Of a stretch of DNA of 64,000 bases, positions 32,113 to 43,930 are shown one piece after another. A program made the position numbers and the translations under genes. Every line of letters starts with the position of its first letter. Position 1 is the stretch's first letter. Source of the DNA: Candidatus Bathyarchaeota archaeon (GTDB lineage Archaea; Thermoproteota; Bathyarchaeia; Bathyarchaeales; Bathycorpusculaceae); the NCBI GenBank assembly GCA_963717465.1, contig OY970340.1:2592001-2656000 (forward strand), given 5' to 3'. The notes under the pieces were generated by a model. That model was given only the letters and a program-made list of their open reading frames with translations, had not been told where the DNA came from and ran no database searches.

Positions 32113-32330
32113 TTAGAACATGAATTTTCCTTAAGAAACTATGAAAAGTTTCTTTCCTATTTTGTGGTTTTTGGCTTTTGCTTCGTTAGTAGGTTTCTAA
32201 AATAAAAGTTATTAAGAAAAAAGCTAACCAAAAACATTCTGACAATTTTAGGAACAGCCGTGCACGCTTTTCAGAATAGTCTTTAGCGAGAAAATAATTC
32301 GAGACCTGGCGAGTTCAGATAGATACCGTC

Positions 32331-32525
32331 TTATCCTCTATTTGGAGCAAGTTTGAATTGGCGTCTTTGTTTTTTGCCACGGGACCTCCTTGATCCTGCT
32401 TCTTGCTCATCAAATTTCTCAGGTACTTTTTTGTTCTCACCAGTGTGCTTCTTCTCTACCTTTTTTTCGTAAGTTCGCGGCTTTGTTTCCTGTTCAGTCT
32501 TTTTCACATTTTCTTTCTCACTCAT
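32331..32525 (-). CDS. small charged hypothetical protein
   Basis: 64 aa, GAGGTGA SD upstream. Confidence 0.6.
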   Translation of the reverse strand: MSEKENVKKTEQETKPRTYEKKVEKKHTGENKKVPEKFDEQEAGSRRSRGKKQRRQFKLAPNRG

Positions 32526-32606
32526 TTTCTTTCACCTCAGTTGCGAGGATTGTTTTCTTTTGGAAAAATATTAACTGAGTAATCGCTATTTTAGAGCCTT
32601 GCCCGT

Positions 32607-32915
32607 TTAGGGCTTTTGTTCTCTATCTTCACTGTAATCTCTATCCTCATGGGTTTCTTCTTCAGCTTCATCTTCGATTTCTTCTTCAGTCTCGCTTGCC
32701 GCTTCACCCTCAGCCATTGATTTGTCTTCAGCTTCACCTTTTGGCGGATAAGCCTTGTCCAACCAGACTTCAAATTGTATCTTGCTGTCAGAGCTAGATA
32801 AAGCCCAGTTACACAATTCATTAATAACCTTGCTAACGTCAATTTCGTGGTCGTCAGCTAAACGTGTCAAAAGTTCCTCCCAATTTATTTGTAAAGACAC
32901 TGAAAAACTACCCAT
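32607..32915 (-). CDS. hypothetical protein with acidic tail
   Basis: 102 aa, GGAG upstream, E/D-rich C-terminus. Confidence 0.6.
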   Translation of the reverse strand: MGSFSVSLQINWEELLTRLADDHEIDVSKVINELCNWALSSSDSKIQFEVWLDKAYPPKGEAEDKSMAEGEAASETEEEIEDEAEEETHEDRDYSEDREQKP

Positions 32916-33195
32916 CTAAAACGATCTCCGCAGTGTTTGTTAGTGCAAAGCAATATTTAAACTTCAAATATACTTGAGAATTTACTTTTCAGTTTTTTGA
33001 TTCTTTGCTACTGAACCCTTTTCCAAATCGCTCTATGGGCAATTAATACTTGAATAGTCAACTATGGACTAAGTTACCTTTAGCTCTTTTATCAGTTTCA
33101 GTTGTTTTGAGACCACAGTATGAGCAGTTTTGTATTAGGACAAGGGAAGCGGTTAACTATGCAATGTTTGGATTTATTTAAAAAAAGAAAGTAAT

Positions 33196-34839
33196 TTATT
33201 CTTCAGGCATACCACGCGGCATTCCTCCGCCTGGGCCACCTTTGGGGCCTTTGGCAGTTATGATGTCGTCTACTCGCAATATCATGGTCACTGATTCGGC
33301 TGCTGATTTAATAGCTTGCTCTTTAACAACGATTGGTTCGATGACTCCGTTTTCAATGCTGTCTTGCAGTTTACCTGTAAATAAGTTAATGCCAATATAC
33401 TTGCCATCCTCTTTATCATGCATTTGACGTAGTTCCATTAGTGTGTCTATTTGGTCCAAACCGCCGTTCTCTGCAAGCGTACGTGGAATTACTTCAACTG
33501 CATCTGCGAAAGCTTCTACTGCAAGTTGCTGCCTTCCTCCGACTTTGGTTGAGTAGTTGTGTAATCCTTTAGCGATTTCAATTTCGATTGCCCCGCCGCC
33601 AGCTACGATTTTGTTGTTTTCTGTAACATCTGAAATTACTGACAAGGCATCGATTAGTACTCTTTCAGCTTCATCCACCATTCTTTCAAGCCCTGCACGT
33701 ATCAGTATGGCTACTGAGTGTGGATCCTTGCATTTTTCAACGAAAATCATTTTGTCCTCGCCGATTTTGCGTTCTTCTACTAAGCCGGCAAAACCCAAGT
33801 CTGCTGTCATTAAATCATTCAAATTGGATGTCACTTTTCCGCCTGTGGCTCTAGCGAGTTTTTCCATATCTGACTCTTTGACGCGTTGTGCGGCCATTAT
33901 GCCCTCTTTAGAAAGATGATGTTGTACCATGTCGTCGATTCCTTTTTGGCAGAACACAACGTTTGCACCTGAAGCTTTGATCTTGGTTGTCATCATCTTA
34001 AGTGTGCTGTCCTCTTGATCGAGGAAAGCTTTCATCTGATTTGGCTCATGTATGCGTATTTCTGCGCTCATTTCGGTTTTTTCAATTTCTAGCGCCATAT
34101 CTAAAAGTACGATTTTCGCGTTCTCTATCTTTCTGGGCATCCCCGAATTGACGACTTCTTTGTCTATGATTATGCCTCTAATGAGTTGCGTCTCGATGAG
34201 GCTCCTGCCCGCCTTTTTTACCAGTTGTATGTTATCTATGTCGGCTATAATCCGTTCTCCTTGCTTCTGGGCTACCTGCTTTACAGCTTTTAGAGCTATT
34301 TCTGCAAAGTGCTCTTTAGCACTACCCACAGATTTGCTTCCCATTGACGTTAAAGCAACTTTCATCATCATTTTGTGATCCTCAACGTCAATATCCACTC
34401 CGTTTTTAGCTATGATTTCGATTGCTTTTTGGGCTGCTTTTCGGTATCCGCTTACTAGTACTGTTGGGTGAACGTTTTGGTCTAGTAGTTCTTCAGCTTT
34501 TTTGAGAAGTTCGCTTGATAATATTACTGCTGTAGTTGTTCCGTCGCCAACCATGTCATCTTGTGTTTTGGCGATTTCGATCATCATTCTTGCTGCTGGA
34601 TGCTCCGCGTCCATTTCCTTGAGAATTGTGGCGCCGTCGTTCGTTATAGTGATGTCACCTAAGCTATCAATTAGCATTTTGTCCATGCCTCGTGGGCCTA
34701 GAGTTGTTTTGAGTATTTCACCGATCACTTGGGCTGCCATAATGTTGTCTCGTTGGGCTTCTCTCCCTCTGCTTCGGGTTGTTCCTTCCTTTAAGATGAT
34801 TACTGGTTGACCACTTTGGGTTTGCGTTAAATATGCCAT
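33196..34839 (-). CDS. ths: thermosome (group II chaperonin) subunit
   Basis: [26 protein letters not shown]-rich tail. Confidence 0.96.
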   Translation of the reverse strand: MAYLTQTQSGQPVIILKEGTTRSRGREAQRDNIMAAQVIGEILKTTLGPRGMDKMLIDSLGDITITNDGATILKEMDAEHPAARMMIEIAKTQDDMVGDGTTTAVILSSELLKKAEELLDQNVHPTVLVSGYRKAAQKAIEIIAKNGVDIDVEDHKMMMKVALTSMGSKSVGSAKEHFAEIALKAVKQVAQKQGERIIADIDNIQLVKKAGRSLIETQLIRGIIIDKEVVNSGMPRKIENAKIVLLDMALEIEKTEMSAEIRIHEPNQMKAFLDQEDSTLKMMTTKIKASGANVVFCQKGIDDMVQHHLSKEGIMAAQRVKESDMEKLARATGGKVTSNLNDLMTADLGFAGLVEERKIGEDKMIFVEKCKDPHSVAILIRAGLERMVDEAERVLIDALSVISDVTENNKIVAGGGAIEIEIAKGLHNYSTKVGGRQQLAVEAFADAVEVIPRTLAENGGLDQIDTLMELRQMHDKEDGKYIGINLFTGKLQDSIENGVIEPIVVKEQAIKSAAESVTMILRVDDIITAKGPKGGPGGGMPRGMPEE

Positions 34840-35714
34840 TTTATTTATACCTCAATATTATTCAAATAGTCTTTCTTTAGCTTAGTCAGCGTTTTTTAGA
34901 AAATCGTGGTGCTCGTTCATACCTCTGAGTTATATCGATTTTAGTTTGACCCAGAAGAGACTGGAGACTTGACACTTTGACTGCTGCAAAACTGCTGACT
35001 TTGCAACTTATACATTGTTACACAGGGATTTAAACTCGTTACAACTCATTTTATAATTCAAAACAAGTTAGTCATGGGTAAGCAATAGAGTAACTAAGTA
35101 TGATCACTTGGCAGACTTATTCCAGGGCAAGTACAGATATTGAAGTTAGTGGTGTTGGCCTTCTAGCAAATTGGCAGGAACGCGAGTCTATCATTTTTAA
35201 TACTAATACTCATTTTCGTTAACAGGGTAATTTTTTCGTTCAAAAATAACATCGCCGAGTTGCAGACCTGAACAGGTTCAAATGTTTTTTATCGAAGCAA
35301 TATTTTTTCAAAAATCAGCATTTCTCCCTTATCAGTGGTCCGCTGGGCTTTGCTACTCTAGAAGAGCATTTATTCTGTTTTTTCCCTTCTTTTTACCTTT
35401 TTTGTTAATAGTTGAAGTGCACTCAACTTTTCAGCTGCGCTCATCCGCATCTATTCGCTCGACTGAGAAGCGATTGGCTAGAAAATTTATAAACTTGAAT
35501 TTAAGGCAAAGAGTAACAGAAAAATTGAATAAACAATTAAGTTATGAAAAATAAGAAACTTAATTATATTCTTCTTACTAGAGATAGTTGTTAGCCAATT
35601 CGATTGTGCTGAATATATAAATTTATGAATTGCACCTGAAATATTTTTTAGAAAAGGGTCATCAAGTTAATATCGTAGAATTTAAATGTAAATTGAAAAA
35701 AAAAGGTTTGAATC

Positions 35715-38700
35715 TTGGGTTCTTCTGAGGATAAAAGCACGTTCGAGTTTCCGATTGTAGGAATTGGTGCTTCTGCAGGCGGCTTAGATCCAATCAGAAA
35801 ACTGCTTGAGGACTTGCCCGTTGACACAGGCATGGCGTTTGTAGTTATTCAGCATTTAGCTGCCGGACAGGAAAGTATGCTTCCTGAAATCCTCTCACGG
35901 TCCACCGAAATGAGAGTTCTTCAAGTCAAAGACGGCATGAAGGTTGAAAAAAATCAAGTTTATGTAATAACTCCCGGAACCACGATGACGTTGCAAAAGG
36001 AATATCTTAGAGTTATTCCAAAAGGAATAGCGCTCAAACCGATCAACGATTTTATGGTTTCCTTAGCCTTGGAGCGAAAAGCCCAAGCAATCGGAATTGT
36101 GTTATCAGGAACAGGTAATGATGGAACTGAAGGGTTGAAAGCAATTAAATCTGAAGGTGGCATAACATTTGTACAGGACCCAGAAACTGCCCAATACGCT
36201 GATATGCCTCGCAATGCAATAGAAGCCCAAATTGCATATTTTATTCTTTCACCAGAAAACATCGTGAAAGATCTAGTGAGAATCGCCAAGAACCCTCAAA
36301 TTCGTTTTGAAACAGAAGCTCCTGAGCTAAATAAAACTGAAAGTTCACTGAAGAAAATTCTCACAATGCTTAATGTCTCATTCGGCATTGATTTTACTCA
36401 CTATAAGGCAACTACCATAAACAGACGTTTGGCACGGCGTATGGTGATTAACAAGATTGAAACAGACAAGGAATATATTGCGTTTCTGCGATCGCATCCC
36501 AAAGAACTAGACGAGTTGTTTGATGACTTGCTTATAGGTGTTACAAGTTTCTTTAGAGAATCCCAAACATTTGAAGTTTTAAAGAAAAAAGTGTTTCCCG
36601 AGCTAGTCAAAAACAGATCAGTTAATGACTCAATACGTATCTGGGTTCCTGGATGTTCCACAGGTGAAGAAGTATATTCTCTTGCGATAGCAATACTGGA
36701 ATTTCTTGAAGAAAAATCCATTACAAGTCTGCGGGTTCAGATTTTTGGCACTGATGCAAATGAAAAAAATATTGACAAAGCGCGACATGGGCTGTATCCA
36801 AAGACAATAGATGAACAGGTTGCTCAAGACAGGCTTAAAAGGTTCTTTGAAGTACAAAATGGAAATTACCAAATATCTAAACTCATCAGGGATATGTGTA
36901 TATTCGCAAAGCAGGATATAACCAATGATCCACCTTTCTCTAACTTAGACCTCATAATGTGCCGGAACGTTCTCATCTATTTTGATTCACTTCTCCATGA
37001 AAAGATGTTCCCAATCTTTCATTATGGGCTAAAAAACAACGGTTTTCTTGTTATCGGCGAATCCGAAAGCATTGGAAAATACAATTATTTGTTTGAACAA
37101 ATTACGTCTAAAGGCTTAATTTTCAAGAAGAAACATGCTCAACCCCAAGTCTTTTTACGTCCAGATACATTTGTTCCATACTCTCCCGCTAAGAAGGCTA
37201 AACAGCTTGAAAAACCCAATGCTATGGTTTTGCTGAAAGAGGAAACCGACCGTATATTAATGGCTGAGTATGTTCCCGCATCTTTGCTAATAAATAATAA
37301 TTTGGAGATTTTATTTTTTCGTGGTCAGGTTAACCCATTTCTTGCTCACGAACCAGGAGCAGCAAGTTTGAATGCGGCAAAGCTTGTCCGAAAAGAGTTG
37401 AGAACAGATGTTCAAACCATGATTTACCGCGCGAGAAAAGAGAATAAGGCTCTTAAAGAAAAAGTACAGTTGAAACTTGAAGAACAACAAAAAAACATTA
37501 CTATTCAAGTTAAACCTTTAAAATTAGCGGATTATGAAGAGCCGTTCTTTTTGATAACCTTTGAAGAACAGCCGTTACCTCGCATGCTTTCAGGTAAAGA
37601 AGCCAAATATCCTACACCTGCTAAAAATGAAACTGCCAAAGATAAACAGATTCAAGAGCTTAGAGAGGATTTGGAGTCAACTAAGCAGTCTTTGCAAACT
37701 ATTATTGAAGCGCAAGAGGCAACCAACGAAGAGTTGCGGTCAACAATGGAAGAATCGCAATCTAGCAATGAAGAATTGCAGAGCACTAACGAGGAGTTGG
37801 AAACGGCAAAGGAGGAGCTGCAGTCAAGTAATGAGGAATTGCAGACGCTTAATGAAGAGCTCAATAACCGAAATTTAACTCTTGGCCGCTTGAATGATGA
37901 TTTAACTAATCTGCAAACAAATATCGATCTTCCAGTGGTTATTGTCGATAGAGACTTGAGAATTAGGCGCTTTACAAGCTCGGCTCAAGAGCTTTTCAAG
38001 ATTTCGCCATCTGATGTTGGGCGTTCAATTATCACCATTAATTCAGTAGTTTATAATGCAAATTTAGAAAAGATAATAGCGGATGTGATTTCCAAACTTT
38101 CGCCGGTCAACCTGAGAAGTTACCTGTGCTGGCGACCGTTTATTTGAAATGAGGGTTCGACCGTACTTATCCAACGAAAAAAAAATTGATGGCGCAGTCT
38201 TAACCTTCTCAGACATTACCGAACGCAAGAAAGCTGAATTGATGCTTGAAGAGTACAAGATTAGCTTAGAGAAGCTTGTTGAAGAGCGAACAAAGAAACT
38301 TGAAATCATCGCGTTATATGCTCGAAATTTAATTGAAGCAAGTCTTGACCCTTTGGTAACTATTAGCGTTGAAGGTAAAATTACTGACGTTAACAAATCC
38401 ACAGAGATGGTCACTGGCTGCCAAAGAAAAGAATTAATTGGCAGCGACTTCTCGAATTACTTTACTGACCAAGAAAAAGCAACGAGCGGATACAAGCAAG
38501 TCTTAACCAAAGGCTTTGTGAAAGATTACCCCTTGGTAATTAAACATAAATCTGGAAAAACTACTGAAGTATTGTACAATGCCACCGTTTACACGAATAA
38601 TGCGGGCGAAATACAAGGCGTTTTTGCGGCGGCAAGAGACATTACTGAGCTTAGAAAGGCAGAAAAAGAGGCTCAGGAAGCAGCAAAGAAACTAAAAGAT

Positions 38701-39366
38701 TCTGAGCGTTTAGCAACTATAGGTATTACAGCTGGTATGGTAGGTCATGATATTCGTAACCCATTGCAGGCTATAAGTGGCGATGTATATTTGGCGAAAA
38801 CCGAGTTGGCTTCAACGCCTGAGAGCGAAGCTAAAAAGACCGCATTGGAAAGTTTGGATGAGATTGAAAAGAGCATTTCTTATATTAATAAGATCATAGT
38901 TGATCTGCAAGATTTCGCTAAGCCGTTAGCTCCAAAACTTGAGGAAATTGATCTTGAACAAACAGTTCACTTGGTCTTAGCTACACTGGATATGCCTGAA
39001 AAAATAGACTTTTCGCTGGCTATCAGCGAGGGTTTTCCAAAACTTAAAACTGATCCAACATACATCCGAAGAATACTGACAAATTTATCCAACAATGCCA
39101 TTCAAGCAATGCCAAAAGGAGGCAAACTTGCAATAACTGCGGCTATCATAAGTGGCAAAGCCGTTATTACTGTTGAAGATACAGGTGAGGGCATAGCTGA
39201 AAGCGTCAGAAGCAAAATATTCACACCACTAGAGACGACAAAAGCCAAAGGTCAAGGCTTTGGCTTAGCCGTGGTTAAAAGGTTTACAGAAGCATTGGGT
39301 GGAACAGTCAGGTTTGAAAGTGAGGTTGGAAAAGGAACTAAATTTATTGTCGAATTTACTGTCTAA
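35715..39366 (+). CDS. CheB methylesterase - CheR methyltransferase - coiled coil - PAS - histidine kinase fusion, frame break near 38110-38148
   Basis: GASAGG/IQHL/GNDG (CheB), GCSTGEE and CRNVLIYF (CheR), SSNEELQ repeats, PAS, HDIRNPL, DTGEG, GFGL. Confidence 0.88.
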
Positions 39367-39574
39367 TTTTATGGATACAACGATTAAATTTTTTGCGTGC
39401 AGTTTAGCCAGCGTTAACTTGGGATTGGATTCCGAGACTCATCCTTTCATCAATGTCTTCAGTTTGTTTATCTCATTAAAGCGCGTCGCGCTAATAAAAA
39501 ATTCAAGTGCCACGCCACAAAATTCGTTAAATAATCTTTTTTAACAAAAAAGAAGGGGAGTGGTGTTTTTAGGT

Positions 39575-40378
39575 TTACCTGAAGAGTCTCCAGACGATTG
39601 CAGCTATGATTCCGCCGATAATCGGTGCGACTATGAAAATCCACAGTTGACTGAGAGCTGTGCCGCCGACGAAAACTGCTGGTCCCAGGCTTCTTGCGGG
39701 GTTCACTGAGGTTCCATCGATTGGTATTCCGACAAGATGCACCATCGTTAAAGTTAATCCGATTGCTAATCCTGCAAATCCTTTAGGTGCCCGTTCATGT
39801 GTAGCGCCGTGAACAACAAGCACGAAAATAAAAGTTAGCACAACTTCTGCAAGAAAGACAGCTGCCAAAGAGGAGTTAGTTAACGAAGCGCTTCCATAGC
39901 CATTTTGACCTAGACCGACTTGAGCTAAAGAGTAAAATTGACTTCCTGTGCCTATCACGTAGAGTATGCCTGCTCCGATTATTGCGCCTATGCATTGAAA
40001 GATAATGTAAAATACTGTATCTTTGACGCTTATTTTTCCTGCAATCAGCATTGAAATTGAAATTGCTGGGTTAATGTGGCATCCTGAAATTCCGCCTATC
40101 GCGTAAACCATGGTTAAAACTGCTAGACCAAAAGCAAAAGCTACTCCAAAATAAACATAAAAAAGACCGCCAGTAACTCCGAAAATACTAATAGAGTACG
40201 TTTTTGCGACAACCGCACTGCCGCAGCCTATAAGCACTAGCACCATAGTTCCTATCAGTTCAGCTGTATACTTTTTTATCGGCGCAATCGCGGGTACAGG
40301 TGACGGTGGCTCAGATACCTTTGATATCTTCTCTTTTACTTCTTCGCCTGCTGATAATTTATTTTCCATTTCCTTCAC
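39575..40378 (-). CDS. MIP-family aquaporin (AqpZ-like)
   Basis: HINPA and VNPARS motifs, six TM segments. Confidence 0.92.
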   Translation of the reverse strand: MKEMENKLSAGEEVKEKISKVSEPPSPVPAIAPIKKYTAELIGTMVLVLIGCGSAVVAKTYSISIFGVTGGLFYVYFGVAFAFGLAVLTMVYAIGGISGCHINPAISISMLIAGKISVKDTVFYIIFQCIGAIIGAGILYVIGTGSQFYSLAQVGLGQNGYGSASLTNSSLAAVFLAEVVLTFIFVLVVHGATHERAPKGFAGLAIGLTLTMVHLVGIPIDGTSVNPARSLGPAVFVGGTALSQLWIFIVAPIIGGIIAAIVWRLFR

Positions 40379-40665
40379 CTTTTTTAGTCTTTAGTTAGCG
40401 CTTATAATAGTATCTATCTGGGGTTCTGTTAAGCTCCTAAGGGATGGGCGTTTCCCCGCGCGCTCCGTCGGCGGCGTCAGAAACAAAACTTTTGCGAACT
40501 TCGCCATTAACCGCCACCGGACTGGGTTTCACAAGAGCACCAAGAGTCATAGACGCACGCTTGCTCTACTTGCACGCTAAGTGCATTCTGCCGTCACTTG
40601 TTGTAGTTGCTTGACAGTCACATATGCTTAATTGCTATACAACCAAGCTATAAGTTGTGAGTTAA

Positions 40666-40902
40666 ATGGCTTTTAGTAATAGATTAGGAATTATGTCTCA
40701 TATTATCCGTCTCTGCGGAACAGCGAAAGACAAGGGTAGGATTATGAACAGGTTAGGTTTGAATGATGTTCAAGCAGAATCCTATTTGACAATTCTCATG
40801 CAGCAAAGCATGATTATGCAAAACAACGGCAGATATGTCATAACAACAAAAGGACAAGGTTACATCTCATCCTACAATAGACTTAGAAAAATGGTGCTCT
40901 AA
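40666..40902 (+). CDS. small winged-helix DNA-binding protein
   Basis: IM...L...YL..L...Y.IT.KG pattern of archaeal wHTH proteins. Confidence 0.75.
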   Translation: MAFSNRLGIMSHIIRLCGTAKDKGRIMNRLGLNDVQAESYLTILMQQSMIMQNNGRYVITTKGQGYISSYNRLRKMVL

Positions 40903-40947
40903 GTGTTAGCTAGCGCTTTTGAATCATGATTTAGAGGCAAATTATAT

Positions 40948-41934
40948 ATGAGAACAATTGGACTTGAAGAAACTTATGCTACTCCTAAATTAATAAAAGC
41001 TCAAGCTGAAGCAGCAAAAAAAAATTTTGGTGGGGAAGTACCACGGATGGATTCGCAGATTGATGTTATGATGAAGCAGTTGATTGACATTGGTGAAGGC
41101 AGGATTAAAATTTTGGATCAAGCAGGTATAGACGTCCAGGTGTTATCGTTGTTTGCTGCAACAGTGCAACTGGACGCATCTTCGATGATGGATTTATCAA
41201 TAGATGCGAACGATTATCTTGCTAATGCTATACAAAAATATCCAACTCGTTTTGCAGGATTCGCAGCTTTACCAATGGCTTTTCCAGAAAAAGCAGCTGA
41301 TGAGTTAGAACGAAGGGTTAAAGAAAATGGTTTCAAAGGTGCAATAATCAATGGACATGTTAATGGCCGCTATTTGGATGATGAATTCTTCTGGCCTATT
41401 CTTGAGCGTGCCGAAGAACTAAGAGTTCCAATTTACCTTCACCCTACAATTCCACCGCAACCTGTGATCCAAGCCTCATATACTGGAAACTTTTCACCTG
41501 AAGTATCTTCTATTTTGCAACGTTATGCTTGGGGCTGGCACATTGAAACCGGAACACATATCCTTAGAATTATTCTAAGCGGAGCATTTGATAAATACCC
41601 TAATTTACAATTTATAATCGGTCACATGGGTGAAGCGCTCCCATTCATGCTACCAAGAATCGATGATTCATTAACCAAGGAAACGACTAAGCTAAAACAT
41701 TCAATGAGTACATACCTTCGTGAAAATATTTTTTACACATTCAGTGGCATGAACTACAATCAAACATTCCTTAACTTATTGCTCGAAGTGGGAGCAGATC
41801 GTATCATGTTCTCAACCGATTACCCCTTTGTCGAATGGGATAAAGCACGCGCTTTCTTAGATCAACTTCCAGTGAGCACTGCTGATAAAGAAAAAATTGC
41901 ACATGGCAATGCAGAGCGCCTACTACGAATGTGA
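40948..41934 (+). CDS. amidohydrolase-2 family protein (aromatic acid decarboxylase-like)
   Basis: GLEE, YLHP, GHMGE, FSTDYP. Confidence 0.85.
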   Translation: MRTIGLEETYATPKLIKAQAEAAKKNFGGEVPRMDSQIDVMMKQLIDIGEGRIKILDQAGIDVQVLSLFAATVQLDASSMMDLSIDANDYLANAIQKYPTRFAGFAALPMAFPEKAADELERRVKENGFKGAIINGHVNGRYLDDEFFWPILERAEELRVPIYLHPTIPPQPVIQASYTGNFSPEVSSILQRYAWGWHIETGTHILRIILSGAFDKYPNLQFIIGHMGEALPFMLPRIDDSLTKETTKLKHSMSTYLRENIFYTFSGMNYNQTFLNLLLEVGADRIMFSTDYPFVEWDKARAFLDQLPVSTADKEKIAHGNAERLLRM

Positions 41935-42218
41935 TTAAGCACTCGAACTTAAAGACAGGGGTATAATACCTCCATTTAACACAAGTAAAGCAGATATGCA
42001 GTCGCTAAATCCTTCTAGCCTGTCTATGTTTCTAGCGCCCGCTACAAGCATGCTTTTTACTAACGTAAGATTTAGATTGGAAAAAGCACTCATTGCATCA
42101 CTAAAATTTTTTCCTAACATTATGTATACTTTAACTTGTCTCTCTGCTTATTGGTAGGGTCGTTTTATGAATCGTCTTTTTTATATTTTTAACTATTCAG
42201 AAATTGTCGTGAGCCAAA

Positions 42219-42431
42219 ATGGATGAAAAATGTAAGGTTATAACTGAGGATGATTTGCTTGTAGATTTGACTTTTCAGGGTTTTTCTGCAAGTTTACTTA
42301 AAGATTTTGCTTCAATAGTTAATCCTTATTTCAATAATAACTTGAATGCTGCAATCGTAAGTCTAATGGAGAAAGCCATCAAAGAAGAAACTATTGCTTT
42401 ACGAGCGCTATGTGTTGAGGATGATGGTTGA
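42219..42431 (+). CDS. small hypothetical protein
   Basis: 70-aa ORF with TATA-like element upstream. Confidence 0.6.
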   Translation: MDEKCKVITEDDLLVDLTFQGFSASLLKDFASIVNPYFNNNLNAAIVSLMEKAIKEETIALRALCVEDDG

Positions 42432-42595
42432 CCTTCTAGCTTGTCCTTGCGATGCATGCGGTAAACCTATTGGCGGTGGCTTTAGTTACTGCCTAAATGC
42501 AACATTTACTTTTGTTTTCTATGTCATTATCGGCTTATGATTTATCAGAACAATTTCCCCACTAAATGTCCAATATGTGTGGGAGATTCGAGTAA
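42424..42595 (+). CDS. Cys-rich zinc-finger microprotein, frameshifted (not in ORF track)
   Basis: Joining frames gives CDAC...CPKC...CFLC...CPIC; start overlaps the previous stop. Confidence 0.55.
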
Positions 42596-42725
42596 CAAGT
42601 TAGCGCTCGCTGATCAGATCAAAAAAAATCCTCAAAATAACTGATTTTGAAATTTTGCGAAATCTTTTTCGCAAACAGGTAAACGCTATCTCTCCAGACT
42701 ATTTATACGATTAACGAGTAAGTGA

Positions 42726-43316
42726 TTGTTTAGCAGAAGAAAGGGAAAAAGTTTAATGCTGAAAGAAAAAATCAAGAATTCACGTATTTATATTCTTATT
42801 CGTCAATTCAGCGAGTTCATCGTAAAAAATCTAGTTATGAGACCTTTAAACAAGCGTTTTATTATACTTATTTTAGGTATATTTTGTGTTTTAAGCTTAT
42901 TATCCGGGGTTATTGCTTCAAGCAATATTTCAGGTTTACTGAGCACTACTTCCTTCGCAAGCAAAGGATTAGTAAATACTCTAGCCACAACAGGAGACAT
43001 TAACGTTTATTGGAATAGTAATCTGACCAACAAGGTTTCAACTATAAATTGGGGAACAATATCTCCAGGCGCGTTTAGCAACATTACTATTTACGTCCAG
43101 AACATTGCAAGCACACCCGTGACCTTGAATCTATCTGCAACCGATTGGAACCCGACCAGTTGCTCCTCATACATGACCTTAACTTGGAATTATCTCCAAG
43201 GACAAGAATTACTAGCAGGTCAAAGCATCTTGATCGTCATTACCTTGCAAGTTTTAAGCAATATTACAGACATTACCAACTTTAGCTTCAACACCATGAT
43301 CAACGCAAATGCTTAG
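42726..43316 (+). CDS. secreted or membrane-anchored beta-sandwich-like protein
   Basis: Hydrophobic segment followed by a Ser/Thr/Asn-rich domain with many N-x-S/T sequons; start likely the ATG near 42838. Confidence 0.7.
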   Translation: MFSRRKGKSLMLKEKIKNSRIYILIRQFSEFIVKNLVMRPLNKRFIILILGIFCVLSLLSGVIASSNISGLLSTTSFASKGLVNTLATTGDINVYWNSNLTNKVSTINWGTISPGAFSNITIYVQNIASTPVTLNLSATDWNPTSCSSYMTLTWNYLQGQELLAGQSILIVITLQVLSNITDITNFSFNTMINANA

Positions 43317-43930
43317 GCTTAAGGCAATTAGCGCGCTAGAATAATGGATATACCCAAAAAGGTACTTTTGATTCTGGAAGAGCATGTGAAGTTAAGAGAT
43401 TTCATCGTAAAAAATTTTTAATTAGTGATGCGGCTTTTGGAACTTAAAGAATTAGTGTGTGCTGGAAAACCTAGTTAAGCAAATTAACTTCGTGTTTGAG
43501 CCAAGTTTTTGAGTTTTGATAAGTCGTTTATAGCAGGTTGAGTCTAAGCCTTTAGGCGTTTACCAGCTCGTATATTATAGCGTGCTTTCGCATTGCTTGC
43601 CAGCTCTTAGCTGTTTAAATTGACAAGCCCTATGATTTACGAACGTCTTGAGCTTTCTTCTCAACCTGCAATTTATAAATATGTTAAATAAATCAATAAA
43701 TTTTTGTGACTGTTTAGCTACAGTCAATTAGCGCGCAGGGTTCTTCCCAATCGTTATAACGTAGTTTTTGGTCAAATTTCTTTTAAGATCTTGTTTAACA
43801 TAGAAAACTGTTTTTAGGGAGTGAAAGCAAAAAAAAGAAATTAAAACCAAGATTGAATTTAGGGACAAGCCGCGTGTTAAGTCAGTTTACCTCTTCTTGT
43901 TTGAGAAGAAAAAAAAGAAGGTTATTTTTT

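Noticed and set aside
33242..34810. Plus-strand ORFs overlapping the thermosome gene, and similar antisense ORFs elsewhere
   Set aside because: Antisense shadows of well-supported genes, with no motifs of their own.
35282..35554. 90-aa ORF upstream of the CheB/CheR gene
   Set aside because: Low-complexity, Phe-rich translation of T-rich DNA with no recognisable motif.
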